A stretch of 64,000 nucleotides of DNA. It comes from an uncultured Thermoplasmata archaeon (GTDB lineage Archaea > Thermoplasmatota > Thermoplasmata > Lutacidiplasmatales > UBA184). The position numbers were made by a program, and so were the translations under genes. Where the stretch lies: assembly GCA_963809035.1 (NCBI GenBank), contig CAWEHV010000002.1, positions 1,932,570-1,996,569 of the forward strand, written 5' to 3'. Numbering within the stretch: the stretch's first letter is position 1; each line of letters opens with the position of its first letter. Under the pieces are notes generated by a model. The model worked only from the letters and a program-made list of their open reading frames with translations, was not told the origin of the DNA and did no database searches. Shown here piece after piece: positions 1 to 10,616 of the stretch.

Positions 1-35
1 GAGGAGCGTTCTGCCCCGCTTGTGGGGCCGAGGTA

Positions 36-699
36 ATGGGTTCGCCCCCTCCTCCTCTCGCTCCGTTCCTCCCCGCACCCCCGCCTCCCCCGGGAACCCG
101 AGACGATTTCGGACGGTCTCAGGGGTCCGACTCCACTGTCGTCCTCGTCGTGGTGATCTTGGTGGTGGTCTCCGCCACGGCCATCCTCGGAGCTTTTTGG
201 TACGGCTCTCAGATCAGCTTTTGCCCAGGCTGTCCTTAGTGAGAATAACCCGATCGGCGCTGCGCTCGAGGTGGGCAATCCGATCCTCGGAAGCTGCCCG
301 GCCGCCGACACCTTTGCGCTCAATGGCTGTCAAGGCTCCACCCACTACTACTACCGGATCAGCGTCATCGACTCCACGGTCATCTTTGGGGCGGCTTGGT
401 GCCTCGTTCGATCGCCCACGGGGGCGATCGACGTCGCTCCCGGTGGTCTTGGGTTCACGATCCTCGGCCAGAACGGCACCGTCTCCGCGCAGTACGCCGT
501 AACCGGCGGCACGATGTCCATGTCCTCCGGCTGGGCCTATGCGATTGGGGAGGGGGCCGGCACGCCACTTACCGAGCTGGACACCATCGTCGTCGACATG
601 GGGACGCAGAACCCAACGGGGCTCGCCCTGGAGTTCCTCGTGCAAGGCTCGGGCGGCTACGGCTATACGGGAACCACCGCTCCCGTCTCCCTTCCCTAG
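36..699 (+). CDS. Archaeal pilin/archaellin-like membrane-anchored protein, split by a 1-nt frameshift at about 236
   Basis: ORF 36-239 has a hydrophobic helix (VVLVVVILVVVSATAILGAFW). Removing one T in TGTCCTTAGT joins it in frame to SENNPIGAALEVGNP...TIVVDMGTQNPTG...VSLP, which resembles the pilin-like proteins of Thermoplasmata. Confidence 0.55.
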
Positions 700-855
700 T
701 CCATATACTGAGGTATTGAGGTGGGTTCGCCCTCCAATGTGAAACGAGACCGTTCGACTTGTAACAGAATCCGACCGCGATGGAGATTGCCGTTCGATGC
801 CCTCCCGCAGCCAAGGATAAGACCCCCGCCCGGCTGACCTCTGAGTCCCCGAGGC

Positions 856-3800
856 ATGAAGGGCATTCGAGTCCATTCCGTCGCCGTATGGGCCGTCGTC
901 CTCTTGGCCGTCTCTTCGGCGGCGATGGTCGGTTTGGCGACGCACGCGGCCAGTTCCCCGATCTCGCTGCGGGACGGGCTGAGAGCGGCCTCGACCCCCT
1001 CGGCCCGGGAATCGCCGGAGGCGCGCGGGGGAACGGCAATCCCCGCGTTGACCAGCCGCAGCGGCCTCGAGGCAACCGGTTCGAATCCCCTCGCTCCCCC
1101 TCTGGGTCGAGGGCCGGCATCGAGCGGATGGGCCGTCTCCAACACTCTGGTGATCTACAACAACACGCTGGTCTCGGGGAACTATGAGAACTACCTGAAT
1201 GGCGCGCAGTGGGAGGGCCTCGGGTTGGCCTTTGACAATCGGAGCGGAGAGGTCTTTGTGCTCTCCCAGGGCGACGTTATCAGCGTGATCTCGGACGCGA
1301 CCAATGAGGTCGTCAATTCCTTTGGCCCCCCGGCCCTGGGAACGCCCGCCGGGATCGTCTACGATTACAAGGACAACGAGATCTTCGTCCTGTACTACGT
1401 GTACGACGCATCGAGCTACGTCCAAGTCCTCTCCGCGACCACCACCGCGGTCCTTGCGACCGTGGCGGTGGGAAACAGCTCGTTTGGGATCGCGTACGAC
1501 AGCGGCCTCGGCGAGGTCTTCGTCTCGAACCCGGAGTCCGGGAACGTGAGCGTGATCTCCACCGCCACGAACACGGTGGTGGCCTCCGTCGACCTCCCCC
1601 TGGGTACCCCGAGCAACTGGTGTACGACTCCGGCCAGAACGAAGTGTTCGCGATCAATGACCAGTACGACGCGTACCATTCGAACCTGACCGTGATCTCG
1701 GACGCGACGAACACGGTGGTCGCGACCATCGCCGTCCCGTACGGTGCCATCTCCTTGGGGTACGACAGCAAGGAGGGAGAGGTGTTCGTCGGGTCCGACA
1801 CGTACTCCTTTGGGGGCACGTGCAATGTTACCGTCGTCAACGACTCCACCGATACGATCGTGACCACGATCGACGTCGGCATCGATCCGACGGGAATCGT
1901 CTACGTCCCGACGCTCAACGAACTCTACGTGACGAACCACGGTTCGGACAACGAGAGCGTGATCTCGGACGCAACGAACACGGTAGTCGCCACCGTGTCG
2001 CTCGTCTCCGACCCCAACGCTCCGCTCTACTCCGGCCCCAACTATCCGGTCTATGACCCCGGGCAGGCCGAGGTGTGGGACTTCGGAGGGTTCCCCGGTT
2101 ACGTCGCCGCGGTCTCGACGTCGACCCACACCATCGCTGCGACGGTGTGGCTGACCTTCGCCTCGCGGTACTTTGCGTATGACAGCGCCAACCAGGAGGA
2201 GTTCCTCGTGGACTCGCTGTCCGGCTATGTCGCCGTTGTCTCGGATATGACGGACCACGTCGTGGCGGAGATCCCGGTGGGGGAGGGTGCCTACCAGGTG
2301 GCGTACGACTCGGGAAAGGGGGAGGTGTGGATCACCAACAACGGGGGACCGGGCAACATCACCGTCATTAATGCCACCACCAACACCGTGGTCGATACAT
2401 TCAGCATCCCCGGTGTCGGTCCGACGGGAATTGCCTACGACCCCGCGCTGGGAGAGATGTTCGTGGGCAACGAGTACTGCCCACCCTGCAGCAACATCAC
2501 GGTCGTCAACGATACGACGTACGACGTGGTCGGACTGGTCGCGTACTCTGGCTTCGTTCCCTTCGATCTGGCCTATGACAGCGGGAAAGGGGAGATCTTC
2601 GCCTCCAACGCCGGAGGCAACGTGAGCGTGATCGATGCCGCCACCGACACCGTCGTGGCGTCGGTCGGCACCGGCGTCTACGGCGGCTGGGGGATGGCGT
2701 ACGATAGCGGGCTGGGAGAGATGTTCCTCACCAACGTGAACGCCAACAACGTCACCGTCATTTCGGATGCGACCAACACGGTGGTGGCCAACATTCCTGG
2801 GATTGCGGGTCCGTGGGGAGCCAGCTACGACCCGGGGACGGGCGACATTTTTATCGGCACCGACGACGGATCGGCCCTCTCGGTCATTTCGGACGCGACC
2901 AATACGGTGGTGGAGTCGATCCCCGACGGAGAAGCTCCGAGCTCGGTGGCGTACGATGCCGAGACCGGCAATCTCTACACCGCGGACCAGGACGCCGGAA
3001 CGTTGCAGGTCGTCTCCCCCACGGGAGGCACCGGCCCCACCCACTATCCGGTGACATTCATCGAAACGGGTCTGCCGGCGACGACCCCTTGGACCGTCAC
3101 CTTCAACGGAACCCTGGGCACCTCGAACACGAACACGATCGGCTACTCCGTCCTAGACGGAAGCTACACCTACACGGTCGGCGCGGTGGCCGGATACGTG
3201 GTCAACGTGACCGGCGGCCCGTTGACGGTGAACGGGGCGGCCGTGGACGTGTACCTCCAGTTCACCTCGAACGGCGTTCCTACCTACACGGTGACCTTCG
3301 ACGAAACCGGCCTCCCTTCCTCCTCCACCTCATGGAAGGTGACCCTCGAGGGCACCCCACTGAGCTCGACGACAACGACGATCCAGTTCGTGGAGACCGA
3401 CGGCATGTACTCCTTCACCGTCGGCGAGGTCACCGGATACACGGCGACCCCGGCCACCGGGACCATCACCGTAAACGGAGTGTCACAGACGAAGGACATC
3501 GTCTTCACCTCGGTCTCGACCTCGCCGCCCACCTATCCCATCACCTTCACCGAGACCGGACTCCTTTCCGGGACCAGCTGGTCGGTGACGCTCGCCGGCT
3601 CCCTGCTCCCCTCGAGCACTACGACCATCGCGACCACGGACCCGAACGGAAGCTATTCCTTCTCGGTCACTTCCGTGGCCGGGTACACCGCGACGCCGGT
3701 CTCCGGCACCGTGGTCATCACAGGGGCGGCCCAGACCGTATCGATCACATTCGCCGCCTCCTCGTCCGGCACGCCCCCGCCTTCGTCACCGTCCGGATTC

Positions 3801-4130
3801 CTGGGCTTGAGCGGCTCGGAGGGGTACATACTGCTGGGCCTCCTCCTCGCCGCGATCGTCATCGCGCTCCTCTTCCTACTCCTGGGGCGGCGGTCGACCT
3901 ACCCGGTCGTGTTCACGGAGACCGGCCTCTCGCCCGGCACGCGCTGGTCGGTCCGGCTGAAGAAGGACGCAGAGTTCTCGGACACAGAGACGATCCGGTT
4001 CACGCGACCGAGCGGCACCTACGAATTCGAGGTCGCCCCCCTGGCCGGCCGCGCTCCGACCCCGGCGACCGGCTACGTCGTCGTCGAACGCGAGCCGACC
4101 GTCGTCCCCATCCGGTTCGGCGAACCCTAG
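856..4130 (+). CDS. Cell-surface YVTN/YncE beta-propeller protein with thermopsin-type Ig-like repeats and a C-terminal TM anchor; frameshift in C-run 1596-1600
   Basis: Signal peptide, many (A/V)YDSGxGExF/VSVISDATNTVVA repeats, YxVTFxETGL repeats and a TM helix (ILLGLLLAAIVIALLFLLL). ORFs 856-1689 and 1620-4130 join with +1 C. Confidence 0.85.
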
Positions 4131-4176
4131 AGCGGGCCGTCGGCCGGACGAACTCCGGGTCGGACCCTAGCGCACC

Positions 4177-4935
4177 GGCTTTGAAACTTAACCTGCGGTT
4201 CAGGGGGGTTTTGTTTCAGGCGATGGGGTTCTGGTTCACGAGCGAACCCGCCCCTTTGCCGGCACTGGAACTGAACCCTTCAAACAAGTAGCAGTACGAA
4301 CCTAGCTCTAGCCAATGGTGAGAAGATGATGGCCATGGGGGTCGTGAGGAACGTCTCTCCAGCAGCTTGGTTCTCAACCATTCTTGGGGTTGCGACCGCC
4401 CACATTGGCCTCGTCGACCTGAACCTTCCACCTGCATGGGCCGCCTTGCACGGTGGAATTACTCACGGGCTGCCCTTCTCCACCGCACCCTCCCTAAGTC
4501 TTGGACAATTTGTAGTCGTCTTCACGTTCGCGACGGTCGCGGCGGAATCCTTGGTCGACGCCCGGGTCTGGCCCGTCCAACTAGGATGCGGACTGGGACT
4601 CACGATGATTGGCTTTGCCGCTTCGGGGTGGTTCCCCGGGGTGGCCTTCGGGGATTCCTATGGGAGTCTCTGGACCATCCTGGCTGGAGTGGTGCTGGTG
4701 CTCTCCGCGGTCCTGACTCGGTTGGCTGCTCTTCGCGCCCAGCCAAGTCTGCACCGTCCTGCAGGTCCGACCTCAGAAGTCCATCCTGCGGCGGCCAAGT
4801 AGATACGTCACAACTATCCCGATCCGGACACCTCCCGCCGTCCGACACTGCGGTGGGTGGTTCAGTTTCAGGAGCGAACTGGGTGGGGAGGTTCTGTTTC
4901 AAGACCGCGAAACACGTAGGTCAAGTTTCAAAGCC
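4177..4935. mobile_element. Non-autonomous transposable cassette (MITE/MIC-like) with a passenger gene
   Basis: TIRs GGCTTTGAAACTTAACCTGCG (4177-4197) and the reverse complement of 4915-4935, GGCTTTGAAACTTGACCTACG (19/21). Flanking direct repeat TAGCGCACC (4168-4176) / TACCGCACC (4936-4944). No transposase ORF; visibly lower GC. Confidence 0.8.
4326..4802 (+). CDS. Hypothetical membrane protein (about 4 TM), passenger of the cassette
   Basis: 158-aa hydrophobic ORF filling the cassette interior; no recognisable family. Confidence 0.55.
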   Translation: MMAMGVVRNVSPAAWFSTILGVATAHIGLVDLNLPPAWAALHGGITHGLPFSTAPSLSLGQFVVVFTFATVAAESLVDARVWPVQLGCGLGLTMIGFAASGWFPGVAFGDSYGSLWTILAGVVLVLSAVLTRLAALRAQPSLHRPAGPTSEVHPAAAK

Positions 4936-4991
4936 TACCGCACCCAAGCCGTGATATAGCGGGCTCCGGTGGTGCGCTGGTCCATCCCAAA

Positions 4992-6140
4992 ATGCCCGAT
5001 TTCTCGTTGTCCGCGGAGCAGGAAAGTCTGCGGGACCTCGCCCGGAAGTTCGCCCGGACCGAGATGGCGCCCCACGCCGCGGAGTGCGACCGGACCCCTC
5101 GTTTCCCGGAGGAGATCTATCGCAAGGCCTACGACCTCGGGCTCATGAATCTCAACGTTCCCGCGGAGTACGGGGGCAGCGGCCTAGGGGTCCTCGACCA
5201 GTGCCTGATCGTCGAGGAGCTGGCCCACGCTTGCGGCGGGATGACGACCTCCGTCATCGCGAACTGCCTCGCGCTCGAGCCGATCCTGCTCGGGGGGTCG
5301 CCCGAGCAGAAGGACCGCTTCCTGAAGCCGTTCTGCGCCGAATACCAACTCGCCTCCTTCTGCCTTACCGAACCGTCGGGCGGGAGCGACGCGGGGGGCC
5401 TACAGACCCGCGCCCGTCGAGAGGGGGACCACTACGTCCTCGACGGAGAGAAGTGCTTCATCACGAACGCCCCGCACGCCTCCCTCTACACGGTGTTCGC
5501 GACCGTCGACCCGAACCTCCGCACCAAGGGCATCACGGCCTTCGTGGTCCCGCGGGCCGCGGCGGGCCTGACGACGGGAAAGGACGAGGAAAAGATGGGC
5601 CACCGCGCCTCGTCCACGAGCACGGTTCGCTTCGAGGGAGTGAACGTACCGGTCGAGGACCGACTCGGCGAGGAGGGAGGAGGGTTCTCGATCGCCATGC
5701 GGACCCTCGACCAGACGCGGACCCCGATCGGGGCGCTCGCGACCGGGATCGCACAGGCCGCCCTGGACCACGCCGCCGCCTACTCCCTCAAGCGCCAAAC
5801 GTTCGGCAAGCCGATCTCCGAACACCAGGCGATCCAGATCAAGCTCGCCAACATGGCCCAGGCCGTCCATGCGGCGCGCCTCCTGACGTGGCACGCGGCC
5901 TGGACGATCGACCACGGGGCCAAGGGGACCCTCGAGTCGTCGATCGCGAAGTGCTTCGCCTCCGACGCGGCCCTGCACGTGGCCGACGAGGCGATCCAGA
6001 CGTTCGGCGGGTACGGGTACATGAAGGAGTACCCGGTCGAAAAACTGCTCCGGGACGCGAAGCTCACCCAGATCTACGAGGGAGCGAACGAGATCCAGCG
6101 GACGGTCATCGCCCGCGAGCTGCTCCGTCAGTACGCCTGA
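4992..6140 (+). CDS. Acyl-CoA dehydrogenase
   Basis: [37 protein letters not shown] motifs. Confidence 0.95.
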   Translation: MPDFSLSAEQESLRDLARKFARTEMAPHAAECDRTPRFPEEIYRKAYDLGLMNLNVPAEYGGSGLGVLDQCLIVEELAHACGGMTTSVIANCLALEPILLGGSPEQKDRFLKPFCAEYQLASFCLTEPSGGSDAGGLQTRARREGDHYVLDGEKCFITNAPHASLYTVFATVDPNLRTKGITAFVVPRAAAGLTTGKDEEKMGHRASSTSTVRFEGVNVPVEDRLGEEGGGFSIAMRTLDQTRTPIGALATGIAQAALDHAAAYSLKRQTFGKPISEHQAIQIKLANMAQAVHAARLLTWHAAWTIDHGAKGTLESSIAKCFASDAALHVADEAIQTFGGYGYMKEYPVEKLLRDAKLTQIYEGANEIQRTVIARELLRQYA

Positions 6141-6154
6141 CCCCGGAGGGCGGC

Positions 6155-6933
6155 GTGGAGATCGTCGTCTGCATCAAGCCCGTCCCCGAGGCCGAGACCC
6201 GCTTGCGCGTAGCGCCCGGCGGCCAGACCCTCGACGCAGAGGGGGTGAAGTTCGTTCTCGCTGGGTATGACGAATCCGCGCTCGAACAGGCCCTCCTCCT
6301 GAAGGAATCGGTCCCGGGGTCGAAGGTCCACGCGGTCTCCTACGGTCCGGCGCCGCGGACCGAAGAGGTACTGAGGGCGGCCATCGCTCTCGGCGCCGAC
6401 CTGGCCACCTGGGTGGAGGCGACGGCCGGCTCGGCCTCCGACCCGATCCTCGCGGCGGTAGCACTGGCCGGCGCCATCGCGGCGGTCCCGCACGACCTCG
6501 TCCTGTGCGGGAAGCAGGCCGGGGACGACGAAGCGGGCCTCGTCCCCTCCGCGCTCGGCGAGTTGCTCTCCGTCCCGGACTTCGGCTCGGTAGCGGACCT
6601 CCGGTGGGATCCCGCCTCGTCTCGCTTCAAGTTCCTCCGTTCCACCGAAGCCGGGGGAGAACGCTGGGAAGCCCCCACCCCGTGCGTCATCGGCCTCCAG
6701 CAGGCGTGGAACGACCCGCGAACGGCGAAGCTCCCGAGCATCCTCAAGTCGCGTCGGGCACTGATCGCAAAGCGTCCGTTGGAGCCGGGGCCGGCGGCCC
6801 CCATAGCGAACCGGAGAAGTTCGAGCTCCCCCCGCCCCGAACGGGGGCGCGGATGATCGAGTACAAAACCCCGGAGGAGGCCGCCCAGAAGTTGGTCCGG
6901 ATCCTTCGAGAGGAGGCCAAGGTGTTCCCGTGA
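6155..6933 (+). CDS. etfB: Electron transfer flavoprotein beta subunit; frameshift in C-run 6798-6802
   Basis: VEIVVCIKPVP, ALEQALLLKE and LCGKQAGDD motifs; the C-terminal EEAAQKLVRILREEAKV lies in the shifted frame; upstream of etfA. Confidence 0.9.
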
Positions 6934-7916
6934 CCGGCCCCCTCCTGATCGTCGGCGAGCTCCAGAACGGCCACTTGAGCGGGCCCACGCTCGAGGCGAT
7001 CACGGTCGCGCAGACGCTCGGGGGAGGCTCTGCGGCTCTGGTCGGTTTTCTCGCCGGCAGTAAGGCCCGAGCCATCGGGGTCGAGTTTGGGCGATTCGGT
7101 GTCCCCCGGATCGCGGTAGCGACGGACCCCGCGCTCGACTCGACCCCGGTCGCGGCGGTGGCCTCCTCGGTGGCTGCCGCCGCCGAGCAGGCGGGAGCCG
7201 ACATGATCCTCGTCGGGGGGACTACGTTCGGTCGTGACCTCGTGGGGCGATTGGCCATCCGATGGAACGCCGCCGTCGCCACCGGGGTCACCGAGGCGCG
7301 ACGGGACGGGGCCGTGGTCCATGTTCGCCGCCCGATCTTCGGAGGACGCGCGACCGAGACCCGTCGCCTCGAGGGACCCCACTTCGCTCTCGCCCTCCGC
7401 CCGCACGCCTTCGCCGCGCCCTCCGAAGCGGCGGTCTCCCCGGCGGTCGCTGAGGTCCCCATGATCCCCATCCCGCCGGCGCTGCTCGCTCCTCGTCGGA
7501 CCGCGACCGAGACGACCGCCCAGGGGACCGGCCCTTCGCTCGGCGACGCCTCGATCGTCGTGTCAGGAGGGAGGGGCGTGCGGGCGGCCGAGAATTTCCA
7601 GATCGTCGAGGAGCTCGCGGCGGCCCTCGGGGCCGCGGTCGGCGCCTCCCGCGCCGTCACCGACGCCGGCTGGCGACCGTCGTCGTTCCAGGTGGGCCAG
7701 ACCGGGCGCTCCGTCTCCCCCCAACTCTACATCGCGGTCGGGATCTCCGGCGCGATCCAGCACCTGGTGGGCATGCTGAGCTCCCGGGTGATCGTCGCGA
7801 TCAACTCCGACGCGGGCGCGCCGATCTTCCGGGTGGCGGATTACGGGATCGTCGGCGACCTGTTCCAGATCGTCCCGGCCCTCACGGCCGAGACCCGCCG
7901 GGTGCGCGCCGCGTAG
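6930..7916 (+). CDS. etfA: Electron transfer flavoprotein alpha subunit
   Basis: [33 protein letters not shown] motifs. Confidence 0.95.
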   Translation: MTGPLLIVGELQNGHLSGPTLEAITVAQTLGGGSAALVGFLAGSKARAIGVEFGRFGVPRIAVATDPALDSTPVAAVASSVAAAAEQAGADMILVGGTTFGRDLVGRLAIRWNAAVATGVTEARRDGAVVHVRRPIFGGRATETRRLEGPHFALALRPHAFAAPSEAAVSPAVAEVPMIPIPPALLAPRRTATETTAQGTGPSLGDASIVVSGGRGVRAAENFQIVEELAAALGAAVGASRAVTDAGWRPSSFQVGQTGRSVSPQLYIAVGISGAIQHLVGMLSSRVIVAINSDAGAPIFRVADYGIVGDLFQIVPALTAETRRVRAA

Positions 7917-8448
7917 GCCGACGGGCGGCGGGCCGGGCCCACGCCGGACGACGCAGCCACAGGCGCATCTCGGCCGTCGGTTCGAACCCGAGCCGCTCGT
8001 ACACGGCCCTTCCCTGGTCGGCCGCGTGCAGAGTCACTCGGGCCGCTCCTGAGTCCCGCGCCTTCCGCACGAGCTCGAGGACGATGGCCGACGCGATCCC
8101 CTGGCGCTGGTTCTCCGGGCGGGTGTACATCGACATGATGTACGGAATGTCGCCCCGCGGGATCCCCGGGCGAGGTTCCTGGGGCATGAACCAAAGGGTG
8201 CCGGACCCGACGACCTCCGGCCCAACGGTGGCGACGTAGGCCACCGCCTCCCCGGAGCGTAGACGGGGCCGAAGCCACCGCCGGTAGGGGGCCGCATGGG
8301 CCCGGAGCTCGCGGGTCGTGTGATGCCCGATCGCGCGCCACATCTCCACGCGATGGGCCGTGAGCTCCGACAGATCGTCGAGGGTGGCCCGTCGAAGGCG
8401 GAAGCGCGGGCGCCGCAGGGGAGGCTCCTTCCGTGGACGGCCCCTCAT
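7882..8448 (-). CDS. GNAT family N-acetyltransferase
   Basis: MYTRPENQRQGIAS acetyl-CoA motif; LHA...GRAVYERLGF. Confidence 0.85.
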   Translation of the reverse strand: MRGRPRKEPPLRRPRFRLRRATLDDLSELTAHRVEMWRAIGHHTTRELRAHAAPYRRWLRPRLRSGEAVAYVATVGPEVVGSGTLWFMPQEPRPGIPRGDIPYIMSMYTRPENQRQGIASAIVLELVRKARDSGAARVTLHAADQGRAVYERLGFEPTAEMRLWLRRPAWARPAARRPTRRAPGGSRP

Positions 8449-8453
8449 CTTCG

Positions 8454-9755
8454 TCAGAAGTCAAAGGCGACATCGGCCCCGTCCTTGAGGAGCGACATCG
8501 TCGATATCCCGGCCGCCTTTTGGGCCGCGCGCAGGATCTGGCGGATCGGCCGTTTGCGGGCTCCGGTCTCGGTCAACAGCGCGTGGAAGAGCTCGGTGGC
8601 AAAGCGCGGATAGGCGGAGTAGATGCGCGGGTTCCACTTCACCCGGTCCATCTTCTCAAAGTCGCGGAAGTCGGCGAGCACGCCGGTGGATTCGAGCCGC
8701 TGGTCGTACTGGGCGAGGCGGGCCGCAGAAGCGTCCCCGGTCTTCCTCGAGGTCAGCGCCGTTTCGGCGGCCTCGAGCCCGCTGCGAACGGCGTAGTTCA
8801 TTCCCTGGATCACGATCCCGTTCGAGAAGAGGAACCCCGCCGCATCTCCGGCGACCATCCATCCGTCGCCGTGGAACGCCGCGGGGCGGCTGGCCCATCC
8901 GGAGCCGATCAGCTTCGCCCCGTACTCGACGAGTTCGGCGTCCTTCAAGCGCGCCGCGATCGTGGGGTGGAGGCGGAACTGCTCGATGAGTTCCTGGGAG
9001 TAGACTCCCCGGCCGAAGAGCGATTGGATGTTGAGGATGAGTCCCACCGAGATCGTATCCGCGTTGGTGTAGAGGAACCCTCCGCCCATCACGCCCGGCG
9101 CGAACTGGCCGGCGACCCACTCCTCCGCATGGCCCTCCCCGGGTCCGAGCTGGAATCGCTCCTCGATCCGGCCGGCGTCGAGGCGATACACCTCCTTGAT
9201 CCCGAGCTCGGTCGCCTGCCCGCTCAACCGTGGGTTGGGTCGGATCGGGGTCCCCAGCGCGAGGCGCGAGTTCGCCCCGTCCGCCAGGATCGTCACGGGG
9301 GCGGTCATCGTTTCCCCGCCCTGGACGACCCCATGCACCCGCGGCCCCTCCCAGTTCAATCGCTCCACCGGAACGCTGGTCACGACCGTCGCCCCGGCCG
9401 CCTCTGCCTTCTGGGCGAGCCAAGCGTCGGTCCGCGCCCGGAGCACGGAATGGGCCACATACGGCTCCTTCCGCCAACTCGCGTCGTCGAAATCGAAGGA
9501 GACCGCGCTGTCGGAGGTGAGGAAGCCGAACCGCTTGCGAACGATATGGCGCTCGACCGGCATCTCGTGCGACCAGCCGGGGAGGATCCGGTCGAGGTCG
9601 TGGCCCCACAGGATACCTCCCGAGAGATTCTTGACTCCCACCTCGGTGCCTCGCTCCAGCAACAGAACATTCGCCCCCCCCTGGGCGAGGCGGATCGCGG
9701 CGGAGGAGCCCGCCATTCCGGCGCCGACGACGATCACATCGAAGTCGTCGGCCAT
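8454..9755 (-). CDS. fixC: FixC-like FAD-dependent ETF:quinone oxidoreductase
   Basis: VVGAGMAG, KNLSGG, ADGANS, GIKEVY, GGGFLYTN, AGDAAG. Confidence 0.85.
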   Translation of the reverse strand: MADDFDVIVVGAGMAGSSAAIRLAQGGANVLLLERGTEVGVKNLSGGILWGHDLDRILPGWSHEMPVERHIVRKRFGFLTSDSAVSFDFDDASWRKEPYVAHSVLRARTDAWLAQKAEAAGATVVTSVPVERLNWEGPRVHGVVQGGETMTAPVTILADGANSRLALGTPIRPNPRLSGQATELGIKEVYRLDAGRIEERFQLGPGEGHAEEWVAGQFAPGVMGGGFLYTNADTISVGLILNIQSLFGRGVYSQELIEQFRLHPTIAARLKDAELVEYGAKLIGSGWASRPAAFHGDGWMVAGDAAGFLFSNGIVIQGMNYAVRSGLEAAETALTSRKTGDASAARLAQYDQRLESTGVLADFRDFEKMDRVKWNPRIYSAYPRFATELFHALLTETGARKRPIRQILRAAQKAAGISTMSLLKDGADVAFDF

Positions 9756-9833
9756 CGCGAGTGGACGGAGACCCCCCGATTTAATGGTACGCGGAAGGGG
9801 CTCGGCCCCTCGGGTTAGGGTTCCCTTCGGCGC

Positions 9834-10520
9834 TTACCTTCCGATCCACGGGGTGGCACCATGGCCGAAGTTTCTCGCCACACCCTGAGTGGCGTCCTCG
9901 ATCATCTTCTGGAACCGGAACGGCTTCGGGATCCCTTTCCAGTCCTCGGACCCGATCGCGGCGTTCCCTTCGGAACTCACCCGCACGGTCCCGTAGCCGA
10001 GGATCCGCTGCCCGAAGGTCTGGTGGACATCCACTCCGCGCACCTGCGAGACCGGGATCTCGTGGAAGTCCTTGCTGAGGATCCCTTTCTGGATGATGAC
10101 CCGATTGGAAGTGACCGCGTACACGGTCCGGACCCACATGAGTCCGCGGATCGCGAACCACAGCACTCCGAACAGGAGAAGGAAGACGAGGAAGACCAAC
10201 GTGTAGTGGGGACCGGGAGCATCGGCGGACCCGAGGTGTTGGAGGACCGAATTCCAGAAGCTCCACTGCAACCCGGTCCAGCCATAGTTGTAGGCCGCCG
10301 TGAAGAAAGAGAGCAGACCGAAGATCACAATCCAGAGGATCGGTCCCGGGAAGAAGTATAGCCGGGTGGCCCGGGTCTCCTCGAGGAGAAACTCTTCGTC
10401 GGCGAGGTACGTCGCCTTGAGGAGCTTCGGCATGACCCGGGAGGACGAGACGGGAGGGGAGGGGACGGGCGCCGGGCCCGTGCGAGGCGGGGTGGCGGAT
10501 ACGGGTGCCTGCGCGGGCAT
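9834..10520 (-). CDS. Membrane protein with a bacterial PH (bPH_2) domain
   Basis: Two TM helices followed by YAVTSNRVIIQKGILS...QTFGQRILGYGTV. Confidence 0.8.
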   Translation of the reverse strand: MPAQAPVSATPPRTGPAPVPSPPVSSSRVMPKLLKATYLADEEFLLEETRATRLYFFPGPILWIVIFGLLSFFTAAYNYGWTGLQWSFWNSVLQHLGSADAPGPHYTLVFLVFLLLFGVLWFAIRGLMWVRTVYAVTSNRVIIQKGILSKDFHEIPVSQVRGVDVHQTFGQRILGYGTVRVSSEGNAAIGSEDWKGIPKPFRFQKMIEDATQGVARNFGHGATPWIGR

Positions 10521-10616
10521 ATCGCACGTGTGGAGGCCGCCCGGGACATAAGCCCTACCACATTCGACGAGCCGGCCGTCTCGAGGCTTATATTGGTGGA
10601 CCCGTCCGGGACCTCG

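Noticed and set aside
1280-2920. Repeated GTGATCTCGGACGCGACCAAC-like sequences as a CRISPR array
   Set aside because: They are in-frame coding repeats (VISDATNTVV) of beta-propeller blades with irregular spacing and synonymous variation
4186-4280. Integron attC site (ACTTAAC fits RYYYAAC; local palindromes)
   Set aside because: No matching GTTRRRY box and no integrase in the window; the TIR plus TSD explain the region better
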